Positions 18,956 through 31,708 of a DNA stretch of 46,404 nucleotides are shown here, piece after piece. The notes beneath the pieces were generated by a model. It worked only from the letters and a program-made list of their open reading frames with translations, was not told the DNA's origin and made no database searches. The stretch lies in NCBI GenBank assembly GCA_020053945.1, contig JAGVME010000032.1, positions 1 through 46,404 on the forward strand, written 5' to 3'. Source of the DNA: Gammaproteobacteria bacterium. Its GTDB lineage: Bacteria; Pseudomonadota; Gammaproteobacteria; Ga0077554; Ga007554. Within the stretch, counting starts at the first letter, position 1; the number at the start of each line of letters is the position of its first letter. A program made the position numbers and the translations under genes.

Positions 18956-19999
18956 TCACGAACCTCCCAACTGATATTTTCTCACGGCATTATTATGCTC
19001 TTGCAGCGTTTCAGAAAAATAATGCGTGCCATTGCCACGCGCGACGAAATACAGTGTTTCTCCTGGCGCAGGGTGCAATGCGGCATGAATCGCACCACCC
19101 CCTGGCATGGCGATTGGCGTCGGCGGCAGGCCTCTGCGCAAATAGGTATTATAGGGGGTATCGGTTTGTAAATCACGCTTGCGCAGGTTGCCGTCGAAGC
19201 TATCGCCCATGCCGTAAATCAGAGTAGGATCCGTCGCCAGCGCCATTCCGAGGTTCAGGCGCCGCACAAATACACCCGCGATTTGCGCACGTTCTTCAGC
19301 CGCACCCGTTTCGCGCTCGACAATAGATGCCATGATCAGTGCTTCATAGGGTGTTTTATAGGGGACGGTGCTATCACGTTGCGGCCATTCACTGGCCAAG
19401 CGTTGTTCCATCATGCGGTAGGCGCGTTGCAAGAATGCCACGTCACTAAAACCCCGTGAAAAACGATAGGTGTCGGGATAAAAACGCCCTTCGGGATGTT
19501 GGTCAGGCCAACCCAGCCTAGCCATGATCTGGCTGTTAGTAAGTCCCGACAAGGTATGCGTGATGACGGGGTGAGCATTGATCGCTGCCATCATTTGCTT
19601 GAACGTCCAGCCTTCCACCAGTGTCAGCGAATACTGCACCACTTTACCCGCCGCCATGTTATCCAGTAATTGACCCGCTGTCATGCCGGGAGCCAGCGCA
19701 TATTCGCCGGCCTTAATAATATACGCCTTGTTTTGGATCTTGCCCTGAAAAAGCGCCCACCACACCAGGTAGGTGGGGCGGCTCAACAGGCCGCGGCTCC
19801 CCAGGTCACGCGCCACATCACGCAGGGTAGCGCCAGATACTACTGTATACGACAGGGGCGGCGCATCGCCGCCATTCACATCGGCCGGAATATTCAATGG
19901 CGTTTCGGCGACGCTGCTAATGTCCATATAAACCCATACACCAGCAAAACTACCGATGAGGAGAAAGATGCCGACCAGTTTTAAAAAAATATTGCTCAT
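18956..19999 (-). CDS. mltG: Endolytic transglycosylase MltG (YceG)
   Basis: EGRFYPDTY, ASIVERE, PYNTY..GLPPTPI; start overlaps the pabC stop. Confidence 0.93.
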   Translation of the reverse strand: MSNIFLKLVGIFLLIGSFAGVWVYMDISSVAETPLNIPADVNGGDAPPLSYTVVSGATLRDVARDLGSRGLLSRPTYLVWWALFQGKIQNKAYIIKAGEYALAPGMTAGQLLDNMAAGKVVQYSLTLVEGWTFKQMMAAINAHPVITHTLSGLTNSQIMARLGWPDQHPEGRFYPDTYRFSRGFSDVAFLQRAYRMMEQRLASEWPQRDSTVPYKTPYEALIMASIVERETGAAEERAQIAGVFVRRLNLGMALATDPTLIYGMGDSFDGNLRKRDLQTDTPYNTYLRRGLPPTPIAMPGGGAIHAALHPAPGETLYFVARGNGTHYFSETLQEHNNAVRKYQLGGS

Positions 20000-20844
20000 G
20001 ATACAGCGCTGTCCCGCAATTTTGCCATGATATCTGAGGTTATCGGTCCATTCACCTGAAAACTGCACCCCGGAATACCCATGATTTCACGCACTGGCCA
20101 TATCCCAATCACGCTATTGCACAAAAATACCTCGTCAGCCGAAATGACCTCTTCTAACGCCAGGGCGGCAATGGCGCTCGGTATACCTGCCGTACGCGCA
20201 TAGGCCAAAATCCAGCTACGCATCACACCCGCCACGCCACACTGCGATACATCCGGTGTTAACAATTGCCCGTTGCGCACCACAAACAGGTTAGTCATCG
20301 TGCCTTCAATTACGTTACCCTGAATATCGAGCATCAAGCCTTCCGGCACATTCGCATCATCCCATTCACTGCGCGCCAGCACCTGTTCCAGGCGATTAAG
20401 ATGTTTGATGCCTGCTAGCGCTGGATTCCACCCCAAACGCGTGGCACACACACGCACTGCCACACCTTCACTCCAGAAAGCCATGGGGTAATCCGGCCAG
20501 GGGTAGAGCGCCAAGATGCGCGTAACCTGAGCGGATAAGGGCGGTGGCGCCCGGTAGCCGCGTCCGCCACTACCACGAGTGATGATGATTTTCAGCACGC
20601 CCTGCGTTTCACCACTACATAACGATAGCGCCTCGCTACGCAGCAGCGCCAGATCAGGCCCAAGGAAATTAGGAAAGTTCAAGCGTTGGCAACTCAACCG
20701 CAAACGCTGCATGTGCCTATCCCACAGCGCAGGCTCACCGTTGATCACCGCAAAAGTTTCAAACAGGCCATCGCCATAGTGCAGACCGCGATCATGCACA
20801 TCAATGCAATTAGCAGGAACGCCATTGACCAGGGTGGTCGTCAC
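19996..20844 (-). CDS. pabC: Aminodeoxychorismate lyase
   Basis: DRGLHYGDGLFET, KHLNRLEQV, EGTMTNLF. Confidence 0.93.
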   Translation of the reverse strand: MTTTLVNGVPANCIDVHDRGLHYGDGLFETFAVINGEPALWDRHMQRLRLSCQRLNFPNFLGPDLALLRSEALSLCSGETQGVLKIIITRGSGGRGYRAPPPLSAQVTRILALYPWPDYPMAFWSEGVAVRVCATRLGWNPALAGIKHLNRLEQVLARSEWDDANVPEGLMLDIQGNVIEGTMTNLFVVRNGQLLTPDVSQCGVAGVMRSWILAYARTAGIPSAIAALALEEVISADEVFLCNSVIGIWPVREIMGIPGCSFQVNGPITSDIMAKLRDSAVS

Positions 20845-22421
20845 CCACTCGCCCCCAGCGCCAACAACAACCCCCGCGCCTTGGCGCGTGTTTCCTGTAA
20901 CTCGGCGTCAGGAACGGAATCCGCCACAATCCCCGCGCCGACACGAAATTGCACATCACCATTTTCCACCAGCATGGTACGAATCAAAATATTCAGGTCC
21001 ATATTTCCATTATGATTCAGGTAACCCATTGCGCCAGTATATGGCCCACGTGGCGTCTGCTCCAGCTCGGCAATGATTTCCATGCAGCGCACTTTGGGGC
21101 AGCCCGTAATGGTGCCACCCGGAAACACCGCGCGTATCACTTGCCCCGGCGTCACCTCAGGGCGTTTAATGCCGCGCACATTGGAAACAATGTGATGCAC
21201 ATGGGCGTACGATTCCAGCACCATCAATTCATCCACCTGCACGCTACCGGGTACGCACACACGACCCAGATCATTACGTTCCAGGTCGATCAGCATCACA
21301 TGCTCGGCACGTTCTTTCGGATGCGCCAGCAACGCCTGTGACAACGCAACATCTTCATCACCCATCCCGCGCGGACGTGTACCGGCAATCGGCCGCACCT
21401 CAATGACATCACCCTGCACCCGCACCAGACGCTCGGGCGACGAACTCAAAATCGCGCTGGCCGCTCCCGGCGTCGTGCCTCCTGCGTCGTACATGGATGT
21501 ACAAGTGTCGCCAGAAGCAGGATACTGGAAGCGATCGGCACTAGCAGAACCCTTCGCTTCCGCTCTTCCCTGTGCGTCGCCCTTATAGAGCGCGACACCC
21601 GCAAACGGCGCGGGATTGTTTTTCCGCAAGCCCTGGTAAAGTTGCATATAACTTACATCAGGCGCCAACGTGGCGCGATATCCCCGCGACAAATTTACCT
21701 GAAACACATCGCCTGCCACGATATATTCCTTAATACGCCGCACACCGTCCAGAAAACGCGTGGGATCATCCTCCTGCAGTGCGCTTATCGGCGCGGCCAC
21801 TTCGGCGTGAGGTTCCACTGTTAAATGCTCAAGGTCATGCGCCATCCTATCGAGCAATACTGCATCTTCAGCCACAAGGAAGGTGCATTGGACATGATGA
21901 TCAACAATCACTGCCGCGGGAATACGTGTAGCAAACGCGATGGGCAGCCGTGATGTGCTGAGCGGCTCCTGCCCGCTTAGCTCCTCCCGCGCTTCCCCGT
22001 GCGTTTCGGCGCCGGCCAATGCCAAGCGCGGCTCAATTTGCGCTGCCAACCCATACCCCAGATAAATAAACCAGCCGCCGGAAAACGGCAACACAGGGTC
22101 CACCTCAGTAGATGACAGCGCCGCCTCATGCGCCCACGCATCGTCCAGTGCCTGCAAAAAATTCGCCGCACCGGGGACGAAGGGAGCTGCGAGCGCCAGA
22201 GAAGACGGGGACCCGGAAGTGGCAGAAACGTGGGACGTGGCATTACCCGCCAACACCAAGGTTTTGCCAGGAAAGGCGAACAGTATGTCATAACGCGCAG
22301 GCAGGATGCCGGGAGCGGCCGACGTACCATGCGCCACACTTTCGAGCAAAAAAGGGTAGCGTTCGGCATGGGCGCCATGCAAACGCAGAAGATCAGGATA
22401 GATAGGTAGTTGACGTATCAC
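20841..22421 (-). CDS. pabB: Aminodeoxychorismate synthase component I, with in-frame repeat insertions
   Basis: FQVNLSR, SSPERL, PIAGTRPR, EHVMLIDLERNDLG, ITGCPK; next to pabC. Confidence 0.88.
   Translation of the reverse strand: MIRQLPIYPDLLRLHGAHAERYPFLLESVAHGTSAAPGILPARYDILFAFPGKTLVLAGNATSHVSATSGSPSSLALAAPFVPGAANFLQALDDAWAHEAALSSTEVDPVLPFSGGWFIYLGYGLAAQIEPRLALAGAETHGEAREELSGQEPLSTSRLPIAFATRIPAAVIVDHHVQCTFLVAEDAVLLDRMAHDLEHLTVEPHAEVAAPISALQEDDPTRFLDGVRRIKEYIVAGDVFQVNLSRGYRATLAPDVSYMQLYQGLRKNNPAPFAGVALYKGDAQGRAEAKGSASADRFQYPASGDTCTSMYDAGGTTPGAASAILSSSPERLVRVQGDVIEVRPIAGTRPRGMGDEDVALSQALLAHPKERAEHVMLIDLERNDLGRVCVPGSVQVDELMVLESYAHVHHIVSNVRGIKRPEVTPGQVIRAVFPGGTITGCPKVRCMEIIAELEQTPRGPYTGAMGYLNHNGNMDLNILIRTMLVENGDVQFRVGAGIVADSVPDAELQETRAKARGLLLALGASG
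21460..21579. repeat. Nested composite of the 51-bp repeat, in frame inside pabB (120 bp)
   Basis: Plus-strand unit at 21485-21535 inside a minus-strand unit; removing it restores YKGSAILSSSPE. Confidence 0.85.
22294..22327 (+). repeat. Partial 51-bp repeat in the pabB 5' region
   Basis: cgcgcaggcaggatgccgggagcggc followed by cgacgtac; encodes SAAPGILPAR. Confidence 0.65.
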
Positions 22422-22471
22422 TTTAAGGGCTTTTCTAACATAGGAAGCATGTTGTCATGTTGCTGGAGGCA

Positions 22472-22564
22472 GCCGCTCCGGCTGCTGCGCCGCCCATGGA
22501 TGGGCCAGTGTCGCCAGAAGCAGGATGCTGGAAGCGACTGGCACTAGCACATCCGTGTACGTCG
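22472..22564. repeat. Nested composite of the 51-bp repeat, leuS-pabB intergenic
   Basis: Plus-strand unit at 22488-22538 inside a partly deleted minus-strand unit. Confidence 0.85.
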
Positions 22565-22628
22565 AGTGTCAAAATACTGAAGAATGGGGGTGATAACAAG
22601 TAATGACGCCTTCCATTGCACAAACAAG

Positions 22629-25176
<2,548 letters not shown>

Positions 25177-25204
25177 ATTGATCAGTCAACATGACAATAG
25201 GGTG

Positions 25205-26083
25205 TTAAGGCTCATTCTCATACGGTGACAGCTTGAGCGTTTTCAGGGCTTTTTTCAGGCCATCGAGGCTAATGGCTTCTACAAAGCCATCAATACCGGC
25301 TTCTTTGGTCGCGGGGTCTTTGGCTTTTACGGCGAGCGCCGCCGCTTTTAATTTTTCCGCCAATGCGGCATCCACATGTTCTGTCGCCATTAAAAACCAT
25401 TCGGGATACAGGTTCGTGCTATGTAAATGCGGTAGCTCATCATGTTTTTGATCCAATACCACAATTTTGCGCAAGTCGATCAAACCAGCTTTTGCCATGC
25501 TCTCCAGCACGCCACTCCTGACCAAGCCCGCATCCATCATCCCTAGCTCTACTTCCAGCGGAATTTCATCCTGGCGGCGCGCTTCTTTGAACAGGGCAAA
25601 ATCCTTGTGCGGGTCAATACCTTTTTTCATCAAATGATACGCCTGAAATACATACCCCCCCGCCGAAGTGCCAATTTGATAGCCCATGACTTTTTTACCT
25701 TTCAAGTCGGCGACACGCATAATACCACTGCGCTGGCTGGCAATAATAACCCCCGCAAAATAAGGCGTGCCCTGCGCTTTCACCGTTGCCAAAGGTTGCG
25801 CATGGTATTTCTCAGCGACAATCACGGCCGACACGGGATTAACCAACGCAAAATCCACATCGCCATTGCCAATGGCCTCGGTAATTTTTGCGGGGGCATA
25901 CGGCATGATCAGGATATCCTTGCCGATTTTAACGCCAAGTTGTTTAACCAGGGCTTGCCACTTGGCGGTTTCCACCGAACCCCGCGGCGCATTGATGGCC
26001 AGCTTGACCGTATCAGCCTGGGCCACGCCCCAGCATACGCCAAACAGCATAATAACCATCGGACCAAAAAAACGGATCTTCAT
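25205..26083 (-). CDS. PhnD/phosphonate-binding-like periplasmic substrate-binding protein
   Basis: Signal peptide, DFALVNP, SAGGY, DAGLVRSGVLE, LYPEW. Confidence 0.75.
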   Translation of the reverse strand: MKIRFFGPMVIMLFGVCWGVAQADTVKLAINAPRGSVETAKWQALVKQLGVKIGKDILIMPYAPAKITEAIGNGDVDFALVNPVSAVIVAEKYHAQPLATVKAQGTPYFAGVIIASQRSGIMRVADLKGKKVMGYQIGTSAGGYVFQAYHLMKKGIDPHKDFALFKEARRQDEIPLEVELGMMDAGLVRSGVLESMAKAGLIDLRKIVVLDQKHDELPHLHSTNLYPEWFLMATEHVDAALAEKLKAAALAVKAKDPATKEAGIDGFVEAISLDGLKKALKTLKLSPYENEP

Positions 26084-26246
26084 AAGGTGTTCATCTCAAA
26101 ATTTCCATCCATTTTAACTTTTTATTTTACCTCAGGAGGAGGCTTGATGGGCGTATATGCCCTGCCAGTATAAAAAATGCCCGGGTTTTCTATACCTATT
26201 GGCGTATGATACCCTATATTACCTGATGACTCTTAAGGATATTGCC

Positions 26247-26744
26247 ATGAAGCCGCGCAACGAAAAACATCTGCACGCCTATGACCATATGATGGAACAG
26301 GTGAAAACCCTGGCGGATCATCTGGGCTATCAAAACCTCAAGCATGCCATCCAGATTGCCAAAAATAACGCCGTGGAAGTGGGTGAGTTGACACGTGAAG
26401 AGGCCGAGCTCATTGGTGATTACCTGATGCGTGACCTGGAAGACGCGGGCCACTATCTGGCGGATAATGGCGGCGAACTGAAAGATTGGTTGCGTTTCGA
26501 TTTGGAACTGATTGAAGAACGTTTGCTGGAGATGTTTGCGCTGGCGGCAGACAAAACCAAACTGGAGTTCATGCAACTCGCCGAACGTGCAAGGCGCGCG
26601 GACGAATACCACACCGGCAGTATTACCAGCATTGGGACTTTGGAGTGTACAAACTGCGGCGAGCTATTGCGCTTTCATGCCACCAGCCACATTCCCCCCT
26701 GCCCAAAATGCCATGGCAGCGTTTTCAGGCGGGTTACGGCGTAA
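26247..26744 (+). CDS. Zinc-ribbon protein (DUF1451-like)
   Basis: ADKT, YHTG, CTNCG...CPKCH; RBS aagga. Confidence 0.8.
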   Translation: MKPRNEKHLHAYDHMMEQVKTLADHLGYQNLKHAIQIAKNNAVEVGELTREEAELIGDYLMRDLEDAGHYLADNGGELKDWLRFDLELIEERLLEMFALAADKTKLEFMQLAERARRADEYHTGSITSIGTLECTNCGELLRFHATSHIPPCPKCHGSVFRRVTA

Positions 26745-28023
26745 TTACGGGGAGATGCCTGTTTCGTTCGTCATGGGGTGCCGCAGGTTCACCGCGCGCC
26801 ACATAGGTGGCGGCCACCAGATCACCCGTCACGTTTAGCGCGGTGCGGCACATGTCGAGAAAGCGGTCGATGCCCAAAATCAACGCCAGCCCTTCAACGG
26901 GAATGCCGAAGGTCACCAGGATCATGGCAATCACGGGCAACGAACCCGCGGGGATGCCTGCCGTGCCAATACCGCCCAGCACACAGATCACCATGATCAG
27001 AAACTGCTGGCCCAGACCCAGCTCCACACCAAACAACTGCGCAAGGAATAATACCGTGACGCCTTCAAACAATGCTGTGCCATTCTGGTTCATGGCAGAG
27101 CCTGCGGTGAGCACAAAACGGCTAACGTGGCGCGGCAGGTTCAAGTTTTCTTCAGCAACCTTGAGCGCCGTCGGCAAGGTTGCGCTGGAAGATGCCGTGG
27201 CAAATGCGGTGACCATGGCAACGCGCACACTGCGAAAAAACATCAGGGGTGATCGCCCGCCGAGAAAGCGGATCGCCAATGGGTACACCACAAACATTTG
27301 CAGACCCAGGCCCAGCAACACAACGCCCACATACGACATCAGATACGGTAATAGCTCGGTGCCGAGCCGCGCCGTCATGGTGAAAATCAATGCGGCAACA
27401 CCGTAGGGCGCAAGTTTTAAAACGCCATGGATCAGCGTCATGCTCACATCATAAAGACCTTCTATCGTTTCACGCAGGCGCAACGCGCCGGGGGTTTGCG
27501 TAAACGATAAGCCCACGCCGAAAATCAGCGAGAATAAAATCACGCCGATCATCTCGCCATTCGCGGCGGCCTTGATCGGGTTATCGGGAAACATCGCCAC
27601 CAGCAATGCCACGCCTGTGGTGTCGGGCGGTTTGGGCACGGTGAGCGTCGCACTGTTGGCCGTGGCCAAGCTGCGCAATTCTTCTGGCAAACCGGCGCCG
27701 GGGCGTATCAAGTTAGTCAACGCCATGCCGATCAATACGGCAATCAATGACGCCACCACGGTATAACCCAGTGTACGCGCGCCCATCCGCCCCAGATGTT
27801 TTACGTCCAGCCCGCAGATGCCAATCACCAGCGCCGAGAACAGCATCGGGATCACCAACATGAACAACAGGCGCAAAAAAATCTGCCCCGCAGGCAGGGT
27901 GATATTATCCACCACCCACGGCAACCACACCGTGTCATGCGCCAACGTTTTGACCACTAAACCCAATCCACCGCCGATTACCAGGCCAATGAGAATTTTC
28001 GCGCTTAAGCTGGCCTTATACAT
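26734..28023 (-). CDS. Dicarboxylate/amino acid:cation symporter (DAACS, GltP-like)
   Basis: TASSSATLP, MNQNGTAL, GIDRFLDMCRT; likely start ATG at 28023. Confidence 0.88.
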   Translation of the reverse strand: MYKASLSAKILIGLVIGGGLGLVVKTLAHDTVWLPWVVDNITLPAGQIFLRLLFMLVIPMLFSALVIGICGLDVKHLGRMGARTLGYTVVASLIAVLIGMALTNLIRPGAGLPEELRSLATANSATLTVPKPPDTTGVALLVAMFPDNPIKAAANGEMIGVILFSLIFGVGLSFTQTPGALRLRETIEGLYDVSMTLIHGVLKLAPYGVAALIFTMTARLGTELLPYLMSYVGVVLLGLGLQMFVVYPLAIRFLGGRSPLMFFRSVRVAMVTAFATASSSATLPTALKVAEENLNLPRHVSRFVLTAGSAMNQNGTALFEGVTVLFLAQLFGVELGLGQQFLIMVICVLGGIGTAGIPAGSLPVIAMILVTFGIPVEGLALILGIDRFLDMCRTALNVTGDLVAATYVARGEPAAPHDERNRHLPVITP

Positions 28024-28973
28024 CAATTCTCCGCCAGCACCATTTCCAGTGCCGCCCTCCAATCGGGAAACGTGATGCCGAAGGTCTGCGCCAGTTGTTC
28101 GTTGCTCAACACTGAATAGGCAGGACGTGCGGCAGGTGTCGGGTAATCGTTGCTGGGAATAGGTTGTAATTGCGTGGTTGCACCCTCCAAAATGGCATTG
28201 GCAAAGCCGTGCCATGATGTTTGACCTGCGCAGCTCATGTGATACACGCCGCTGTGCTGCCGGATATAACCGGTCACACTCGCCGCACAGGGACGTGCAA
28301 GTGTCGCGGAAGGCAGGATGCCGGTAGCGACCGCCGCACCGGCATAATCGGTAGCGTTGTCCCGACCTCGATCCAACCCTTGCGCGACAATTTGCGCCGT
28401 CGCCTCGGCCAGCAGCCGACACCAAGTGGGCGCGCCGACCTGGTCATCAACCACTTTCAACAGTGGCCTTTCACTGGCTAGACGTTGCATGGTCAGCAAA
28501 AAGTTTTTGCCACGCCGTCCATACACCCAGGCGGTGCGCAGAATAAGGTGCGGCACATCCACGGCCTGAATGGCGCGTTCACCCGCCAGCTTGGAGCTGC
28601 CATAAATGTTTTGCGGATTCGGGATATCCTGTTCGGTATAGGGCGTATTTTTGCTGCCATCAAATACATAATCTGTGGAATAGTGTATTAATGCCGCGCC
28701 GAGGCGTTGTGCTTCTTGCGCCAGAATCCCCGGTGCGGTGCCGTTAATCGCCAGCGCCAGTGCCGGCTCGGTTTCAGCTTTATCCACCGCCGTATACGCC
28801 GCCGGGTTGACAATTAAATTCGGCTTTACCTCACCGCAGATTTTTCTTATCGCGTCAGGGTTGGCCAGATCCATGTCGGCCTGCCCCAGCGCGATGACCT
28901 CACCCAAGGTGGACAAGGTGCGTTGCAGTTCCCAGCCTACCTGACCGTTTTTCCCGGTGAGTAAAATTCTCAT
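28023..28973 (-). CDS. rmlD: dTDP-4-dehydrorhamnose reductase, with in-frame repeat insertion
   Basis: GKNGQVG, AAYTAVDKAE, STDYVFDG, YGSSK. Confidence 0.93.
   Translation of the reverse strand: MRILLTGKNGQVGWELQRTLSTLGEVIALGQADMDLANPDAIRKICGEVKPNLIVNPAAYTAVDKAETEPALALAINGTAPGILAQEAQRLGAALIHYSTDYVFDGSKNTPYTEQDIPNPQNIYGSSKLAGERAIQAVDVPHLILRTAWVYGRRGKNFLLTMQRLASERPLLKVVDDQVGAPTWCRLLAEATAQIVAQGLDRGRDNATDYAGAAVATGILPSATLARPCAASVTGYIRQHSGVYHMSCAGQTSWHGFANAILEGATTQLQPIPSNDYPTPAARPAYSVLSNEQLAQTFGITFPDWRAALEMVLAEN
28281..28331 (+). repeat. 51-bp repeat unit in frame inside rmlD
   Basis: cgccgcacagggacgtgcaagtgtcgcggaaggcaggatgccggtagcgac, followed by a repeated cgccgcac. Confidence 0.85.
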
Positions 28974-29518
28974 GGAAACGCCTCGGCCGCCTTAAACGGA
29001 ACACCCACTGCATCTTTGGCAGATAACGCGGGCGCGCCGGACAACGGCCAGTCTATGGCAAGGTCAGCATCATTCCATAACAAAGAGCGCTCATACTGCG
29101 GCGCATAAAAATCCGTGGTTTTATAGAGAAATTCAGCATGGTCGGACAATACCAGAAAGCCGTGGGCAAACCCTTTGGGTACCCACAACATGCGCTTGTT
29201 GGTGGCCGACAGGTGCATACCAACCCACTGGCCAAACGTGGCAGATGCACGGCGCATATCCACAGCCACATCATATACTTCACCCACCACCACCCTCACC
29301 AGCTTGCCTTGTGGCTGCTGGATCTGGTAATGCAATCCGCGCAACACATTCTTCGCGGAACGGGAATGGTTGTCCTGCACAAAGCGCTCGGTGATGCCAG
29401 CCCCGTCCGCCAGTTTTTTCTCGTTGTAGCTTTCATAAAAAAAACCACGCTCATCACCAAACACCTGAGGTTCGATAATCAACAAATCTGGAATTGCTGT
29501 TTTTTGTATTTGCATCAT
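28970..29518 (-). CDS. rmlC: dTDP-4-dehydrorhamnose 3,5-epimerase
   Basis: DERGFF, QDNHSRS, LRGLHYQ, GFAHGF. Confidence 0.95.
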   Translation of the reverse strand: MMQIQKTAIPDLLIIEPQVFGDERGFFYESYNEKKLADGAGITERFVQDNHSRSAKNVLRGLHYQIQQPQGKLVRVVVGEVYDVAVDMRRASATFGQWVGMHLSATNKRMLWVPKGFAHGFLVLSDHAEFLYKTTDFYAPQYERSLLWNDADLAIDWPLSGAPALSAKDAVGVPFKAAEAFP

Positions 29519-29529
29519 TCACCCGACCT

Positions 29530-30405
29530 TTAAAAAATCCGTTCTTTCAATAACCCGAGCAAATAGGCGCCATAACCATTCTTTGCCAAGGGCTGCGCCA
29601 AGGCTTCCAATTGGCTGGCGCTGATGTAGCCTTTGCGGTAAGCGATTTCTTCGGGGCAGGCGATCTTGAGTCCCTGACGCTTTTCGATGGTCTGGATAAA
29701 CAGCGATGCTTCCAGTAACGATTCGTGCGTGCCGGTATCCAACCACGCCATGCCGCGCCCCATCACTTGCACATCCAGTAAACCCTGCGTGAGATAGTGA
29801 CGATTGACATCGGTGATTTCGAGTTCACCGCGTGGCGAAGGACGGATGGCGCGGGCAATATCGACGACCTGATTATCATAAAAATACAGGCCTGTGACCG
29901 CATAACGCGATTTCGGAACGGTGGGCTTTTCGACGATGCTGAGGGCTTTGCCAGCCGCATCAAACTCAACGACGCCATAGCGCTCAGGGTCTTGCACCGG
30001 GTAGGCAAAGACGGTGGCGCCCGTTTTCTTTTGCGCGGCGTCCAGCAGTTGTGGCGATAAATCATGGCCGTAGAAAATATTGTCGCCCAACACCAGCGCA
30101 CATGAACCGTCACCAATAAAATCACTGCCAATAATAAATGCCTGTGCGAGGCCATCGGGCGAGGCTTGTACCGCATAGGTGATGCTGAGTCCCCACTGCT
30201 GGCCATCCCCCAACAATTGTTCAAAACGCGGCGTGTCCTGGGGGGTGGAAATGATGAGAATATCGCGGATCCCCGCCAGCATGAGGGTAGTCAGCGGATA
30301 ATAGATCATGGGTTTATCATAAACCGGCAACAATTGCTTGGACACCGCCTGGGTGACGGGATACAAACGGGTGCCGGAACCCCCGGCGAGAATGATGCCT
30401 TTCAT
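29530..30405 (-). CDS. rmlA: Glucose-1-phosphate thymidylyltransferase
   Basis: [34 protein letters not shown]. Confidence 0.96.
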   Translation of the reverse strand: MKGIILAGGSGTRLYPVTQAVSKQLLPVYDKPMIYYPLTTLMLAGIRDILIISTPQDTPRFEQLLGDGQQWGLSITYAVQASPDGLAQAFIIGSDFIGDGSCALVLGDNIFYGHDLSPQLLDAAQKKTGATVFAYPVQDPERYGVVEFDAAGKALSIVEKPTVPKSRYAVTGLYFYDNQVVDIARAIRPSPRGELEITDVNRHYLTQGLLDVQVMGRGMAWLDTGTHESLLEASLFIQTIEKRQGLKIACPEEIAYRKGYISASQLEALAQPLAKNGYGAYLLGLLKERIF

Positions 30406-31604
30406 GGAATGGCTCCTGGGTTGTGGGGGGTATTTGTGCCGGTTCGGTTGGCATAATTCTGCGCCACCCAGTGCTGGTAATTGCCGCTGGTGACATTCCC
30501 TACCCAAACTTTATTGTCCAGATACCAGCGCACGGTCTTGCGCAAGCCGGTTTCGAAGGTTTCCTGGGGCACCCAGCCCAGGTCGCGCGCGATTTTGCGG
30601 GCATCAATGGCATAACGGCGGTCGTGGCCGGGACGGTCTTTGACGTAGGTGATGAGTGATGCGTGGGGGACATGCGCCGCATCAGGGCTATATTCATCAA
30701 GAAGGGCGCACACGGTATGCACAACATCGAGGTTGGTTTTTTCATTCCAGCCACCAATGTTATAAACCTCGCCAATTTTGCCCTGGGCCAATACGGCACG
30801 GATCGCCGCGCAGTGATCCCCCACATACAACCAGTCGCGGACATTTTGGCCGTCGCCATACACCGGCAAAGGGCGGCCTTGGGTGGCGTTAAGGATCATC
30901 AGGGCAATGAGCTTTTCCGGAAATTGGTACGGGCCGTAGTTGTTGGAGCAGTTGGTGGTTAAGGTGGGCAGGCCGTAAGTGTGGTGATAGGCGCGCACCA
31001 GATGATCGGAAGCGGCCTTGGAAGCGGAGTATGGGCTGTTTGGGGCGTAGGGGGTGGTTTCGCTGAACGGCGGATCCTGCGCGCTTAGGGAGCCGTAAAC
31101 TTCGTCGGTGGACACATGCAGGAAACGGAACGCGGCTTTTTCATCGCCCGCTAAAGTGTTCCAGTAAGCGCGCGCCTCTTCGAGGAGATTAAAAGTGCCT
31201 ACAACATTCGTTTGGATAAAATCGCCGGGGGCGTGGATAGAACGGTCGACATGGCTTTCTGCGGCAAAATTCACTATCGCGCGGGGGCGGTGGGTAGCAA
31301 GTAACTGCCGCACCAACACCCGGTCGCCAATATCACCTTGCACAAAAATATGCCGGGAGTTACCCTGCAGGCTGGTCAGGTTATCCATATTCCCGGCATA
31401 GGTCAGCTTGTCCAGATTCACGACTGAATCCGCCGCACACGGAGGTGCCAGTGGCGTGGAAGGCAGGATGCCGTGAACGGCCGCCGCACACGGAGGTGGC
31501 AGTACTGCCCCAGGCCGGGTGCCGGAAGCGTCCGCCTCCTGGGCGATCCAGTCCAACACAAAATTCGACCCAATAAAGCCTGCACCACCTGTGACTAGAA
31601 TCAT
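30402..31604 (-). CDS. rmlB: dTDP-glucose 4,6-dehydratase, with a 34-aa in-frame repeat insertion
   Basis: [39 protein letters not shown]. Confidence 0.95.
   Translation of the reverse strand: MILVTGGAGFIGSNFVLDWIAQEADASGTRPGAVLPPPCAAAVHGILPSTPLAPPCAADSVVNLDKLTYAGNMDNLTSLQGNSRHIFVQGDIGDRVLVRQLLATHRPRAIVNFAAESHVDRSIHAPGDFIQTNVVGTFNLLEEARAYWNTLAGDEKAAFRFLHVSTDEVYGSLSAQDPPFSETTPYAPNSPYSASKAASDHLVRAYHHTYGLPTLTTNCSNNYGPYQFPEKLIALMILNATQGRPLPVYGDGQNVRDWLYVGDHCAAIRAVLAQGKIGEVYNIGGWNEKTNLDVVHTVCALLDEYSPDAAHVPHASLITYVKDRPGHDRRYAIDARKIARDLGWVPQETFETGLRKTVRWYLDNKVWVGNVTSGNYQHWVAQNYANRTGTNTPHNPGAIP
31431..31532 (+). repeat. Two tandem 51-bp repeat units in frame inside rmlB
   Basis: cgccgcacacggaggtg at 31431 and 31482, cgcc again at 31533 (period 51). 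Confidence 0.88.
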
Positions 31605-31674
31605 CCCCGTTTCCTCCTTTTGTTGAAATTCCATAAACATCCCCTACCCCTACCCTTCAGGCAGGAGGCATATT

Positions 31675-31708
31675 CCCTGTTATTTGTGCGGTGCCGCAAA
31701 TGACAGGA
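31675..31708. promoter_or_regulatory. Imperfect hairpin upstream of rmlB
   Basis: cctgttatttg ... caaatgacagg. Confidence 0.3.

Noticed and set aside
28024-28425. Long N-terminal extension of the symporter ORF (563 aa)
   Set aside because: It overlaps rmlD in another frame; transporter homology begins at the ATG at 28023, coupled to the rmlD stop
31431-31536. Periodic repeats in rmlB as a CRISPR array
   Set aside because: The 'spacers' are homologous parts of the same 51-bp unit, the copies lie in frame within a gene, and no cas genes are present
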